A stretch of 64,000 nucleotides of DNA, taken from a virus. Under the pieces are notes generated by a model that was not told where the DNA came from, ran no database searches, and saw nothing but the letters and a program-made list of their open reading frames with translations. Numbering within the stretch: the stretch's first letter is position 1; the number at the start of each line of letters is the position of its first letter. Location of the stretch: positions 60,601-124,600 of IMG/VR virus record IMGVR_UViG_3300045012_000235. One strand, 5' to 3'. Shown piece after piece: positions 22,164-34,300 of the stretch. A program made the translations under genes and the position numbers.

Positions 22164-22514
22164 ATGAGCGTACGGATCTGGTCCGACATCCTGCGCGAGC
22201 GTTTCCGAGTGGAGCAGCAAGTTCGGGAGGGCGAGCACGCGTTCTCGTGCGCCGACTCGGATATCTCCTACGCGGACAAACTCGCGGTCCTGACCGAGGA
22301 GCTAGGCGAAGTCGCGCGCGAAGTGAACGAGCATACGGACTCGACTCTGCAGTATGCGCGGGATCCTAAACTCCTGCGGATGCCGCTGCATTGTGAGCGG
22401 TACTTCCGGCAGCGATTGCGTGCGGAGCTCGTCCAGGTGGCGCAGGTCGCTGTCGCTTGGATCGAGGCGATTGATACGGTCGAAGAATCGGTGGAGGTGC
22501 TCCGTGCCGGATGA
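22164..22514 (+). CDS. MazG-like NTP pyrophosphohydrolase
   Basis: LAVLTEELGEVARE...LRAELVQVAQVAVAWIEAID. Confidence 0.75.
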   Translation: MSVRIWSDILRERFRVEQQVREGEHAFSCADSDISYADKLAVLTEELGEVAREVNEHTDSTLQYARDPKLLRMPLHCERYFRQRLRAELVQVAQVAVAWIEAIDTVEESVEVLRAG

Positions 22515-23262
22515 TTTATCCGTCGGCTGCCCTCGTCATCCTGGCGGCAATCGCGAGTGCCAGGACTTCCGCTGCATGCGGACCTGGGAGCCGTCCGGGG
22601 CAGCGACGCCTGAAGAGCAGCTCCGTTGGTGGGCAATGGGCAACTCCGTGTGCCCGAACACCCGGCACGAGTGCTGCCCGGACTTCTCGTGTTGCAAGCC
22701 GCACCTCGCGTGGCCGCTCAAAAAGAGGGCCGAGTTCGTCGCTGCCGATCAGGGGACGCGCGAGAAGATGCTTCTGGGCTCGCTCAACGTACTGGTCGCG
22801 GAGACCATCGACGGCAACGTCACGCGCGGGGAGCCTACGGACCATGAGTAGCGACGCCATGATGCGCGCTGTCCTGCGGGCGATGGGGAAACTCATCGAG
22901 AGCGAGATCGGACCCGGTGTCGCGTTCGCGCTCTTTGTGGACTGGCGTGACGGGCGGCCGATTTCGTACCTGTCCAACGGCACCCGGATCGACATCGTTG
23001 CGGCTCTTGACGAGTGGTTGGGGAGGATCGGACGGACGCCCGCGGTTGAACGGGATGAGGCTCCAGCGCTCGAAGTGAAGTGCGTCGAACTAGGCAGCTC
23101 GATGGTCGAGGAAGATATCGACGTGGTCCTCTTCCTCTTCACGAACGGAGAAGAAGGAGAGACGGCATGGTTCTCGTCGCTCGCGAACGGACCGGAGGTT
23201 GTCGCATCGTGGGTTGCTACCGAGAGAGGGTTGTCGTGAAGTTCAAGATATGGAGGAGATAA

Positions 23263-24192
23263 ATGCCGAAAGCATCGCGAGACGCCCTGAACGCAAAGGG
23301 CAAGACGGACGTCTACTACTTCGACCCGGCCGACGTCGTCCTGGTCACCAGCAAGGAGTCGGTGCTCTACGACGAGCGGGTGGACAACGACTACAAGGAG
23401 TCGCTCGTCCTCAACATGATGTACGCCCCGGATCCGGACGGTCCGCCGCAGGGCGTGCTCAAGGTGCTGCTCGGCCGGCGCAACCCCGAGACCGGCAAGG
23501 TCGAGATCATCGACGGCCGGCAGCGCACCAAGGCGGCGCGCGAAGCGAACAAGCGGCTGAAGAAGCAGGGGGGCGAGCCGATCCGGCTCCCGGTGCTGCT
23601 CCGGCGAGCGTCCAGCGATCAGCGCGTGATGGCGATGCTCATCAGCTCGAACGAGCACGCCACCGAGGACTCGCCGCTCGCCAAGGCGAGAAAGGCCCAG
23701 CGCTACATCGACCTCGGGCGCGACGAGAAGGAAGTGGCTGCCCTCTTCGGCATCAGCCCGGCGACCGTGAAGAACCTTCTCGCCCTGCTCGAGGCGCCCG
23801 CGGCGGTCCGGAATGCGGTGGAGAGCGGGAAGATTTCGGTCAGCGACGGCTACCGACTCGCGCGGCTCGAACCGGCGGAGGCCAAGGGGAAGGTCGCGGA
23901 GCTCGTCGAGAAGGCCCCACGGGCGGCGGGCAAGAAGCGGAGCCCAAATGCCAAGAAGGCCCGGGAGATCGTTCAGGGAGCCGACAACACCGCTCGGGCA
24001 AGGGCGGTGATAGAGGCGACAGCCAACATTCTCGACCGATCGGAGAAGACCGAGAACTTGGTGGCGTACGCTATCGCCGATTGGATCGAACGCAACTGGA
24101 ACGAGGTGAACTGGGGCGGGGACCCCAAAACCATTCCGGATCGGATTCGAGCAGGCGATTGGCGTGAGAAGGAGAAGGGAGACGCGGCGTGA
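23263..24192 (+). CDS. ParB/Srx-like protein with HTH
   Basis: EIIDGRQR, ISSNE, KEVAALFGISPATVKNLLALL, GKISVS; GGAGG RBS. Confidence 0.8.
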   Translation: MPKASRDALNAKGKTDVYYFDPADVVLVTSKESVLYDERVDNDYKESLVLNMMYAPDPDGPPQGVLKVLLGRRNPETGKVEIIDGRQRTKAAREANKRLKKQGGEPIRLPVLLRRASSDQRVMAMLISSNEHATEDSPLAKARKAQRYIDLGRDEKEVAALFGISPATVKNLLALLEAPAAVRNAVESGKISVSDGYRLARLEPAEAKGKVAELVEKAPRAAGKKRSPNAKKAREIVQGADNTARARAVIEATANILDRSEKTENLVAYAIADWIERNWNEVNWGGDPKTIPDRIRAGDWREKEKGDAA

Positions 24193-24431
24193 AGACGAAA
24201 GGGAAGAGGGGATTCGCCTCGATGGATTCGAACAAGCAGCGAGAGATCGCCAGCAAGGGCGGCAAGGCCGCTCACGCGCAGGGACGCGCGCACGAGTTCG
24301 ACTCGTCCAACGCGAAGGAGGCCGGCCGCAAGGGTGGTCTCATCCTGAGCGCGGATCGCGAGCACATGGCCGTGATCGGACGGGCCGGGGGTCGCAAGCG
24401 CGCGGAGAACATGCGGAAGAAGGCGAAGTGA
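24189..24431 (+). CDS. KGG-repeat stress-induced (YciG/GsiB-like) protein
   Basis: RGFASMDSNKQREIASKGG, EAGRKGG, IGRAGG repeats. Confidence 0.85.
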   Translation: MKTKGKRGFASMDSNKQREIASKGGKAAHAQGRAHEFDSSNAKEAGRKGGLILSADREHMAVIGRAGGRKRAENMRKKAK

Positions 24432-24449
24432 TCGCAATGGGGCACGGCG

Positions 24450-24959
24450 ATGAAGGCTGGGCAGTTTGTTTCGCGAAAATCACTAGAGGAACGTTTTTGG
24501 GAGAAGGTGAACAAAAACGGACCAACGCCGCGACCAGACCTTGGTCCATGCTGGGTATGGACAGCGGCAACCAATCAGCGAGGTTACGGACAGTTCGTCA
24601 TTGCGAAAGGCCACCAAGAGGCCGCATCGCGTGTCGCTCTCTTCCTTGTCGACGGCGTATGGCCGATGTGTGCGCTACATCGCTGCGACAATCCGCCATG
24701 CGTCAAGAACGTGGACGATACGCTTGGGCCATCGCACCTGTTTGGCGGAACGACACTGGACAATTCTAACGACAAGGTTGCGAAGAATCGACAGGCAAAG
24801 GGGGTGAACCACGGGCTAGCCAAACTGACGCCTGAGTTGGCAGAAGCGATCAAACTAGATAGGTCGAACGGCATGGGTCAGGTGGCGCTTTCTATAAAGT
24901 ACGGCGTGAGCCGAACATCAGTCAGAAACGTTCTATCCGGGAAAACGTGGAGATCATGA
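24450..24959 (+). CDS. HNH homing-type endonuclease with a C-terminal HTH
   Basis: RFWEKVNK, CWVWT, LHRCDNPPCV, HLFGGTTLDN; lower GC. Confidence 0.85.
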   Translation: MKAGQFVSRKSLEERFWEKVNKNGPTPRPDLGPCWVWTAATNQRGYGQFVIAKGHQEAASRVALFLVDGVWPMCALHRCDNPPCVKNVDDTLGPSHLFGGTTLDNSNDKVAKNRQAKGVNHGLAKLTPELAEAIKLDRSNGMGQVALSIKYGVSRTSVRNVLSGKTWRS

Positions 24960-25552
24960 ACGATCGACAATTCGTGCTGGCGCACCTCAAGGCGTACTCG
25001 ATGAAAGTCGCAGCCCCCGGCGAGTGGTTCAAGCTCGCGTCTGGCGGCAAGTCGAAGCTTTACGTGGACGCGAAACGAACGGTTCTTAGCCGTCAGATTC
25101 ATCAGCCGCTCGCGGCACTTCTGTACGAGGAGATTCGCGCATTCGGGCACGTGGATGCTGTGGCCGGTGTCGTGCTCGGGGGCTGCCATCTGGCGAGCGT
25201 CGTCGCCACCTACGCCGCCGCGCGCAACGGCGAGCTCTCCTACAACGTCATCTTCGTGAGGAAGACCCCGAAGGATCACGGGACCGGGCACGTGGTCGAG
25301 CAAGCGTGGGCTCGGTACGGGGAGTGGGTCGTTCTCCTGGAGGACGTCCTTTCGACCGGCGCGACCGCAAAGCACGCGGTGGGCGCTCTTCGGGAGGCGG
25401 GGTTCGATGTTCGAGGGATCGTCGCGCTGCTCGATCGGCGCCCGCCGGACGCGCGCACGGATCATCTGGAGGGTGTGACACTTCGATCGGTGTACCGGCT
25501 CGAAGATCTTGAGCTGTCGAAGGACGACCTCGCGCAAGTTCAGGAGAGCTGA
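24947..25552 (+). CDS. pyrE: Orotate phosphoribosyltransferase
   Basis: FKLASGGKSKLYVD, FVRKTPKDHGT, PRPP-binding loop VVLLEDVLSTGAT, ALLDR. Confidence 0.88.
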   Translation: MEIMNDRQFVLAHLKAYSMKVAAPGEWFKLASGGKSKLYVDAKRTVLSRQIHQPLAALLYEEIRAFGHVDAVAGVVLGGCHLASVVATYAAARNGELSYNVIFVRKTPKDHGTGHVVEQAWARYGEWVVLLEDVLSTGATAKHAVGALREAGFDVRGIVALLDRRPPDARTDHLEGVTLRSVYRLEDLELSKDDLAQVQES

Positions 25553-26369
25553 ATGGACGATCACAAATGCGCCGTGTGTGGCAAGGGGATTCCCCGGCGT
25601 CCCTATCAGTCCAAGTCCGTGCGCGCCTGTTCGCCCGGCTGCGCCAAGTTGCTTGCCGTGAGCGAGCACCCCGACATCGAGACACGTTCCTCGCACTGGA
25701 AACACAAACTCACCGATGGAGGCAATCATGAAGAATGAACCGATCCCGTACGCCGTCACCGACTTGCCCGTCCCGTACCGCGTGCGCGTTCTGACCGCGA
25801 GCGCCGAACTGCGTGCGTACGTCGTACCCAGGTCCAGTGTTGCCACCGCTGAGGAGCCGAAGTCGGAGACGCGGCTGAAGGTCGCGTGACCGAGGTCACC
25901 AACGCAGAAATCGCTCGCACGATCGCAGAGGCTGCCCGCTGCGACGTGCGGACGGCGCACAAGGCGCTGGAGCATGGGTACATGACGATCCGAAAGACCG
26001 AAGTGCGCGACCGGGTGGCGTTCGCGATTCGCAGACACCAAGGTCTCGTGGCCAAGTACAGCAAGGAGCATTATCCATGAGCATCAAGCCAGGGAACCTC
26101 GTCTTCAAGTCTGGGGCCGGCGGGACGCCGAAAGGAGCCTCCATACCCGACGCAGCCGGAGACATCATCTTCATGCACGCCGACAAGGAGTGGATGCGGA
26201 TCAAGGAGAACGGTTCGGTGATTATCCGCGACGCGGTCTTGTTCAATGATGCCGATGCGTACAAGCGTTTCAAGGCATGGCTCCTGGAGGCTACCGTTTG
26301 CTTCGAGGAGAAGACGGAAAATAAGGCGATTGACGCGGTCATCAGCGCGCAGGCGGGAAAGAATTTGTC

Positions 26370-28142
26370 GTGAAGCTGCGACTTTCTCCCGACGTCACGC
26401 TCCCGACGGATGCCGTCACGCAAACGTTCGCCGTGCTCGGCAAGCGTGGCTCGGGCAAAACGAACACCGCCAGCGTGCTCGCCGAGCAGCTCATCGAGGC
26501 AGGGCTCCCCGTCGTGTACGTGGATCCCATCGGAGTGACGTGGGGGCTCCGGCACTCGCGCGACGGCAAGTCGCCGGGGCTGCCTGTCATCATCCTTGGT
26601 GGTGAGCACGCAGACGTACCGCTCGAGGAGACGGGCGGCGCGGTCATCGCCGACTTTGTGATTGAGCACCGGCAACCGGTGGTGCTCGACCTCGGTCTCT
26701 TCTCGAAGGGCGCGCAGCGGCGGTTCATGGTGGATTTCGCAGAGCGGCTCTACTTGAAGAACCGCGATGCGCTGCACGTCATGCTCGACGAATGCGACAC
26801 TTTTGTGCCCCAGCGCATCGACCACGGTGGAGAGCGACTCGTGGGCGCCATCAACGATCTCGTGAGAAAGGGTCGCGCGCGTGGGCTCGGCGTCACGCTC
26901 ATTAGTCAGCGGCCGGCACTCGTCTCGAAGGATGTTCTCACGCAGGTTGAGACACTCATTGCACATCGGATGACCGGACCGCAGGATCGCGACGCCATCG
27001 AGCGGTGGATCGAGCACAACGCCGATCGAGACGGTACCGATGTGTTGGCATCGCTTCAGACGCTTGGTGACGGGGACGCGTGGGTCTGGAGCCCGAGCTG
27101 GCTCAAGAAGATGGTCCGCACGCACATCAACCTGCGAGAGACGTTCGACTCGTCGGCGACGCCGAAGGCGGGTGCTCGAGTGACCGCGCCAAAGCACGCG
27201 GCCGAGGTGGACCTGGGCGAGCTCCGTGACAAGCTCGCGGCGACCATCGAGAAGGCGAAGGCCGACGATCCGAGGGTGCTACGGGGACGTGTTCAGGAAT
27301 TGGAGAAGCAGTTGAAGCGCGCGTTCGCCGCTAGCGAGGCGCCAGCCTTCTCCAAGACCGTGGAGGTCCCGATACTGTCGAAAGAGCAGGTGAGGCTGCT
27401 AGAAGACCTGCGCGGTGAAGTGGTAGGAATCCGCGCAGGTGCCATCGTCAAGCTCGACGATCGAGTCAGCGAGATGGTTCGGTTCTACGGAGACCTCAAG
27501 ACCGGTATGCTGGAGATGGCCGATCGGGTGGAAAAGCTGGTCGCGAAGCTCAGCGTCGAGGGGCACGTCGTCAACGCCTACGACCTCCGGTGGAGCAAGA
27601 AGAATCGGAAGGATCTCAAACCGCCACCGGCAGTAACTAACGGTGCAGCACATCGCCCGGTTGCCGCCGGGTCCGGCGAGCCGATGTCCGGAGGTCGCCG
27701 CCGCATTCTGCTCGCGCTTGCGCGCCACGGGGCATGCAGCAAGGGCAAGCTCGCCGTCCTGACGCGCTACGCCTCCAATGGCGGAGGGTTCAACAACAAC
27801 CTGAGTGCGCTCCGGACGGCGGGTCATATCGCTGGCAACGACCCGCTCGAGATCACCGACGACGGTTTCCGTGTGCTCGGTCGCTTTGATCCGTTGCCCG
27901 AGGATGCCGACGCTCTTTTCACGGAATGGATGCAGCACCCCGAACTGAATAGGTCGCACCGTGAAATCATGCGGACGCTCAAGGGATCGCTTGCGCCCAT
28001 GACAAAGGAAGAAATCGCCAGGCTCTGCGATCCGCCGTACGAGCCGGGAGGCGGCGGTTTCAACAACGCGCTCTCGCGCCTCCGCACGCTCGGCGTCATC
28101 GAGGGCAAGGGCGACATTCGGCTTGCGGAGCAGCTCCGATGA
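26370..28142 (+). CDS. HerA/DUF87-family ATPase with tandem C-terminal winged-helix-like repeats
   Basis: GKRGSGKT, MLDECDTFVPQ, RKGRARGLGVTLISQRP; duplicated GGGFNN.LS.LRT.G near the C-terminus. Confidence 0.85.
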   Translation: MKLRLSPDVTLPTDAVTQTFAVLGKRGSGKTNTASVLAEQLIEAGLPVVYVDPIGVTWGLRHSRDGKSPGLPVIILGGEHADVPLEETGGAVIADFVIEHRQPVVLDLGLFSKGAQRRFMVDFAERLYLKNRDALHVMLDECDTFVPQRIDHGGERLVGAINDLVRKGRARGLGVTLISQRPALVSKDVLTQVETLIAHRMTGPQDRDAIERWIEHNADRDGTDVLASLQTLGDGDAWVWSPSWLKKMVRTHINLRETFDSSATPKAGARVTAPKHAAEVDLGELRDKLAATIEKAKADDPRVLRGRVQELEKQLKRAFAASEAPAFSKTVEVPILSKEQVRLLEDLRGEVVGIRAGAIVKLDDRVSEMVRFYGDLKTGMLEMADRVEKLVAKLSVEGHVVNAYDLRWSKKNRKDLKPPPAVTNGAAHRPVAAGSGEPMSGGRRRILLALARHGACSKGKLAVLTRYASNGGGFNNNLSALRTAGHIAGNDPLEITDDGFRVLGRFDPLPEDADALFTEWMQHPELNRSHREIMRTLKGSLAPMTKEEIARLCDPPYEPGGGGFNNALSRLRTLGVIEGKGDIRLAEQLR

Positions 28143-29244
28143 CAGCGGAGAAGATCTGTTCTCGGTGTGGACGCGCCTGGACTCTGCATCGTGAGGACGA
28201 GGTTGTGGTGTCTTGCCAGCTCGCTCGGCTCCGGGCCGATCTCCTGGCTGCCACCCAGTTTCAGTTCTTCGGAGCTGGAGGTCGTCGCGGAGACTACGTC
28301 CTCGTCTGCTTCAACGACGAAGAGGAGGATCGCCCCTGGGAGATCCAGGTCTTCACGTGCGAGAAGTCGAGCCCGTTCGGGAGCGATTTGAAGACTTTCA
28401 GGACTCAGAGCGAGGCGACCAACGAAGCGTTGCTGTTGGCCGCGAGGCTGACGAAGCCTCGCGACGGGGGCCGGCGATGACGGAGAACATTTTCAATATC
28501 GGGATGATCGAAGTCGTTCGTCCGGAGGGACTCTTCGGGGGTGAGCGATGGGTTCAGCTTCGGTGCCACTACGCCGGTGATGGTAGTCCGCTTCTTGTGC
28601 AGATGCCGGAGAGGGCGTGGATGGGGGTGCTTGAGGCAGAACCGAGGACCCACTGCACGCTCGAAAACTGCGGACACATGCGGCAGCTCGACGCGATCGT
28701 CGACCTGCTCGGGATACACCGAGGCGGGATCTCGGTGCTCGATGAGCTCCGCAAGCGGTTGGAGTTTTGGGAGAAGCTCGAGACTGAGTGGACCGACGTC
28801 GGAGATGAATGGACCTACGCCATCAGGGAGGCGTTCCCGACACGCAGCGAATCGCACGACGAGTACGGTGTCGCGATGCAGATGGTGGGTCACAGGCACT
28901 CGAAGGGTAAGCTGGTCGCGCTCGTGAACTGGCTGCTCGTGCGGCTCAAGGACGAGGCGAGTCTTCGCGTTCAGGTGGACGAGCTGACGGCGCAGCGGGA
29001 TGCGTTCGGGCAGAAGGCACACCAGCTTCAGGAACGCGCGAAGGAACTGGAGGCGGTTGTCGGACCCGCGCAAGGGATTGCACGTAACGCGGCCGGTTCG
29101 GTGGTCTTATCGGCCACGGTGTACGCGCGCCTCCTGCGCCGGTTCAAGGGGGAGTGGAGCTACGACGAAAAAGAAACGCTGGACAGTCTGGCGGACAATG
29201 GGTGGTGCGCAGAGCGTGAGAGAGAACAGCTGGAGGAGGACTAA

Positions 29245-30132
29245 ATGGCGTACGAAGCGAAGATCATCCTGGACAGCGTGGGGCCGAACGGTGCACGGCT
29301 GACGACGTTCGAGCTCGAGTACCCACGCATCGTACATTCCGAGTTACTCACGCACCGAATGTTTTCGCGCAATAGCGCCTCCTCCCGCGCGATCCCGACC
29401 GAGAAGCTCCTCGGCCGGATCGAAGAGGATCCGATGCTGCCGGTTTGGTGGGGGAAAAATCAGGCAGGGATGGCTGCTCGCGAAAGCTTGGAAGGAGATG
29501 CGCTCGACAAAGCGAAGCGGCTCTGGCTCGAGGCCACCATGAGCGGCGTTCGATACGCGCGCGAGCTGGGTGCGGTCGGGCTGCACAAGCAGGTCGCCAA
29601 CCGACCTGCCGAACTCGGCATGTTCATCACCGTCGTTTGCACCGCGACAGAATGGGGCAATTTCTTTGGGCTTCGTGACCACGCGGCCGCGCAGCCGGAG
29701 CTGGCTTACGTCGCTCATCAAGCGCATCGTCTCTATCGGGAGAGCCAACCAAGAGAGCTCAAATCGAGACAGTGGCACTTGCCGTACGTGACCGGATTCG
29801 ACGAAGAAGCTCTGCTCGCGTCGGATCACGGCGAGGACGCAATGTGCTGCATCAGCATCGGTCGATGTGCTGCCGTCAGCTACCTGAACCAGGACAAGCG
29901 TGATCCGCCGGCGGACCTGGCGCGTGCCGACAAGCTCGCGGCGGCAGGCCACATGAGCCCCTTCGAGCACGTGGCGCAGGCGATTACCGAAGAGGAGTGG
30001 GTGCTTTACGGCACCGAACTCGGCGCACGTTGGGTGGATTGCGCAGTCCCGGTGGGCAACCTGTGGGGCTGGCGCCAATACCGCAAAGAGCTCAAGAACG
30101 AGCACAACTTCTCGAAGATTGGAGCCGCGTAA
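29245..30132 (+). CDS. thyX: Flavin-dependent thymidylate synthase
   Basis: ELLTHRMFSRNSASSRAIP, HKQVANR, FFGLR, HMSPFEH. Confidence 0.88.
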   Translation: MAYEAKIILDSVGPNGARLTTFELEYPRIVHSELLTHRMFSRNSASSRAIPTEKLLGRIEEDPMLPVWWGKNQAGMAARESLEGDALDKAKRLWLEATMSGVRYARELGAVGLHKQVANRPAELGMFITVVCTATEWGNFFGLRDHAAAQPELAYVAHQAHRLYRESQPRELKSRQWHLPYVTGFDEEALLASDHGEDAMCCISIGRCAAVSYLNQDKRDPPADLARADKLAAAGHMSPFEHVAQAITEEEWVLYGTELGARWVDCAVPVGNLWGWRQYRKELKNEHNFSKIGAA

Positions 30133-30714
30133 TGGGCGCTCATCTCATCGACGACATGTTCCAGTCCGACAAGTACCCGACGACCCCGCGGGGGAAGGTA
30201 CCGCTCAGCACCGAGGATCCGATGGCGCAGGACTTGTTGTGGGAATACGCGCAGCGTCGGCGAATGGTCGACGCGGAGTTCTCGGACGATCTGGAGGCTG
30301 CGTTGGTCGCGTCCGGATTCCCTCGTAAAGAAACCGTGTGCTTCGACTGCCAACCGAAAGCTATTGGTGCATTCCAAGCCGTCGTTGAAACCGTGCCGCT
30401 CTGCGCACGATGCCGTAAGCCGTGCATTCGTGGGCACTGGGTACAGGACGGCTCAACGTGATCGATACCGGATGCGAGCATCCCTTCTCCGAGATCGTCG
30501 TCATCGGCGCGGACCTGACGCTCGTGCACTGGTGCACGCTCTGCGGGTCCATCCGTGACAACAACGGCGACCACGGGGCCCCGGCCGGCACATGGCGCGC
30601 ACCGGGTGGAGTCGTGCTACCGGGGTGGACGTGCTCGGCGTGCGGAGGAATGAACGGCTCTGCAAAGGAACTTTTGAAAGAGTGTCGAGGATGTGACGCT
30701 CCAAGGAGTCGATA

Positions 30715-31308
30715 ATGCCGCCGCCATGTGAGATTGTATGTCAACTATGCGGAGTAAAATTTGTAGACTACCTCAGCAATAATCGAAAATTCTGTTCGCG
30801 TCGTTGTCAGTGGAAATCTCAACCCCAGAAACACGGGCACGCAACGAGAGATGCGACGTCTTCCGAGTATTCTTCATGGGAAAACATGATTGCTCGCTGC
30901 TTTCAGAAGAATAGTCCGTGGTACGCGTACTACGGTGAGCAAGGCATCACGGTGTGCGAGAGATGGCTGTCTGCCGAAAACTTCCTCGCGGATATGGGAC
31001 CAAAGCCGACTCCAAAGCACACACTTGATCGTTTTCCGAATCGTCACGGAAATTACGAACCGGGCAACGTTCGGTGGGCGACGCGAGCTGAGCAGGCCGA
31101 GAACAGAGACGAGACGCGCATGTTTACGCATAACGGGATCACCGACACGTTACACGGGTGGGCCAAACGCCTTAGCCTCAAGCCAAGCGCTCTCGATGCG
31201 CGCATCCGCAGAGGTTGGTCTATGGAACGTGCGTTTACATCTGCAAGTGTACCCAGTGAGACACACCCGTTGACAGGTGGTAGTGTATGTGAAAAGAAAT
31301 CTCTCTGA
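30715..31308 (+). CDS. HNH endonuclease (phage homing type)
   Basis: MIARC, GITVCERW, FLADMG, HTLDR..NRHGNYEPGNVRWAT..EQA.NR; lower GC. Confidence 0.85.
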   Translation: MPPPCEIVCQLCGVKFVDYLSNNRKFCSRRCQWKSQPQKHGHATRDATSSEYSSWENMIARCFQKNSPWYAYYGEQGITVCERWLSAENFLADMGPKPTPKHTLDRFPNRHGNYEPGNVRWATRAEQAENRDETRMFTHNGITDTLHGWAKRLSLKPSALDARIRRGWSMERAFTSASVPSETHPLTGGSVCEKKSL

Positions 31309-34300
31309 GGAGGATCCATGAACGAGAAAGAGATGTGGCTGAATCTCGTGTGTGCGGGCGCGGCCGGCTACGAGGTGCCCGCCGACTTCGACGGCGACTA
31401 CGACGACCTCATCAACGACATTGCCGACGTCGCCGAGGGGTTCGCCGACGAGATGCTTGATCGGTTCGAGGAGAAGTTCGGTCCCATCCAGGCAAACGGT
31501 GAACGCGAGCGCCCCAAGCGCGAGCGCAGCAGAGGCAAAGGGCGACGAGCAAAGCCGACGGCGGAGGACTGATGAGCACGCGACTCACCGATGCTGAGCT
31601 CGCGGCGTTTGTCTCGAGCGTTCGCGTCGCCAGCGACTACCCTCACCAGGACTTTGGAGATGTGGGATTTGTCTTCGAGGACCTTGAGGAACACCTCGTT
31701 CTCGAAGAGCTGATTTCCGCGCGCAAGGTCATCTCAGTGGCGCGACGCCATCGCGATCTTCCTTCCATAGGGGATGCCTTGCGCGGGTACGATGCGCTGT
31801 TTTCGGGATCGGCCGATGAGTAACCCCGTTCCAGACTGGCTTGTGGTCGGGGCTCTTGTCACGCTGCCCGATCTCGACAATCGCACGTCCAAGCACGGGA
31901 ACCGCTACCGCGTCGTCCACGTCAAGCCGTCGGAGCTCGTGGCGACCGGCATCGAGGTAGGTGTGCAGCCGGTCGACGCGCCGGAGTACAAGCAGCCCAA
32001 GTGCGTCAGCATGAACCATTGCGAGCGGTTGGAATCAGTCAGCGCTTCCGATCGGCCTCTTCCGAGGTTCTTGGCATGAGTGAGGAGATCGTCGCCCAAG
32101 GCAAGGCGTTCCTGGTGGGTGTGCAGTTCGTCAAACGCGATCCGTCGTCCGCTAACATCGCGCAGGCGTATCTCAAGCTCCAGGACGACGCGGACGGCCA
32201 TCCGTTCAAGGTGGCTGTGTCCGCCGAGGACGCGCACAAGTTCTCAAAGTACCTAGAACGGTTCGAGGGTGAGGACTACGCGGACGTCGAGATCACATTC
32301 ACGATCCGGAAGGATGAGACATGAGTATTCAGTTTGAGTGTCCAACGTGCGGCGCCAGGCACGCACGCGGTTTTGTCAACGGAGTGGATGTTTTCCGGTG
32401 TCTTCGGTGTGGCTACTCTGGTTACGGCCACCACACCGACCCAGAGATTGATGCTGCCGTGCAGGCGGAGCATGTCGAGATCAATGCGCTTCATCGAGCA
32501 CTTGGCATTCCCGAAGTTCCTCAAGGCGTCGACCCGCTCAACGGGCCAGGGTAAGAGGATCGATCATGGACGTAGTTCAAAAAGTGAAAGACCTGTCGAA
32601 CCTCGCGTACGACGAGAACACGTCGAAGCACGAGCGGCTTCAGGCTGCCATCGCGGCGCTTCGGCTCGTCGATCGGTTCGTGCTCGGCAAAAGCAAAAAG
32701 AAGATCGACGTGGCGACCGACATCGTCAACACCGTCGTCGGCAAGATCATGAACCCCGACTTCATGGAGGGGGTCGCGAGCGGTGTCGACAAGTTCGCGG
32801 ACAGCGTCGATCGGATCTTCGGAAGCGCAAAGAGAGTGTCCGATCGCCTCTCGCAGGGCGGTCGAAAGAGCAGCAAGCGGAAGTACAAATGACCATCTGG
32901 GACGACGCCCGGGTCGAGCTCGCGCAGAAGACGCGCGCCCAGATCGAGGAGGAGACCGCGACCAAGTGGGCTGCGCGGGCGGCCGCCGCGCACGAGCGCT
33001 ATCAGCAGACCGGCAACGTGCAGTGGCTCCGCGATTTCGAGGACTACCTCCACGAGGCGATCGAGCATGCTGCGTTCGCCGACGATACGGGAGCGGTGCT
33101 GCAGTCCTTGCGGGCGTGGGCGCGTAATTCATACGGCTAGTCGGCTTCTCCGTCTTCTCCAGACGCACCGCCAAAGAAGTGGTTGGATCGCTCCAGCTCG
33201 GCTAGCGCGGTTAGCTCGGCCAGCGCTGCATCTAGGCGTTTCACCAGATCGACGATGCGCGTCTCGAGCACAGAGCGGCTGATGCCGTGGAAGTCGAGGT
33301 ACTCGGTACGTTCGGCGGGAGTCATTCTCGGTGCTCCTTCCTCCACGCTTCCATCGCGTCGGCGATGCCGCGCGCCTCGGCGGCCTTCTCAGGCTTCTCG
33401 CCCCCGTGCTTCGCGGCCCACGCGCGAACGAACGCCGGGGCGGTCGGGTCACGCGCGAGGAGCGTGAACATCGGTTCGTCGGCTTCGGCTTTGTCGTAGC
33501 AGGAGAACTGGCTCGGGTTGTTCTTGGTACCCACGGCCCACGGCCGGTCAATAGGCTCGAAGCCGACGATGCCGGTGCCGGTTGTTGACTGGGCCTTCTG
33601 GTCCATGAGCCGCGCGCAATCGGCGCACGCGGGGGTCCGGGTCCGGTCCGGCCAGACGATCCGGCCAGTGGCGGTGGCGCCGCACGCCTCGCCCGTGGCC
33701 GGTATGATGATACGGCACGCAACGGCTCCCGCCGGCGCCTGGGGGTGGACGGTGGGTGCAGCCGTAGTTTCCTGCGTCTGCTCGGCGTTCGTGAGTCCGA
33801 CGGGGTTCATTGCACGGTTCCTTTTTTGCTGTTGCAGTCGGCGCAGAGTTCGTGCTCGTGCACGTAGGTGTCGAGCAAGTCCGCTACAGCCAGGAGCACG
33901 TTGGCTTCGACGCGAGCCGCTTCCTCTTCGTCGACCGGCGGTTTGCTCAGATCCAACCGGGTGTTGATGTGGAAGTCGCCGCCCCCGGAGAGCACCACGG
34001 TGACGACGGCCTCGACGGATTTTCCGCCAGTCGTGAGCTTCTTCATCAGATCTTCGGCGGACGCATTCATGATCGCGTTCTCTTCGTCGGGTGTCATTTC
34101 GTCTCCGTGGGGATGGCGCGAACAAGTTCAGTAACGAGATGCGGCTGTGCCCACGGCAAGCTCCGCGTGCGCATCGCCCCGCAGTGTGGGCAGCGTTTCA
34201 CACCCTCGGCGTACGCGATGGCGGAATTGTGGAAGCAGTCGCGGAGCGCGGTGGCGGCTTTCTCGAGCGCGAGCATCACTGCGACCCCTCGATGGCAACC

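Noticed and set aside
26370-28142. HerA-family ATPase as the genome-packaging motor
   Set aside because: It lies in the early region, is 590 aa with extra wHTH-like repeats and resembles DUF87-type accessory ATPases; not excluded, but unsupported.
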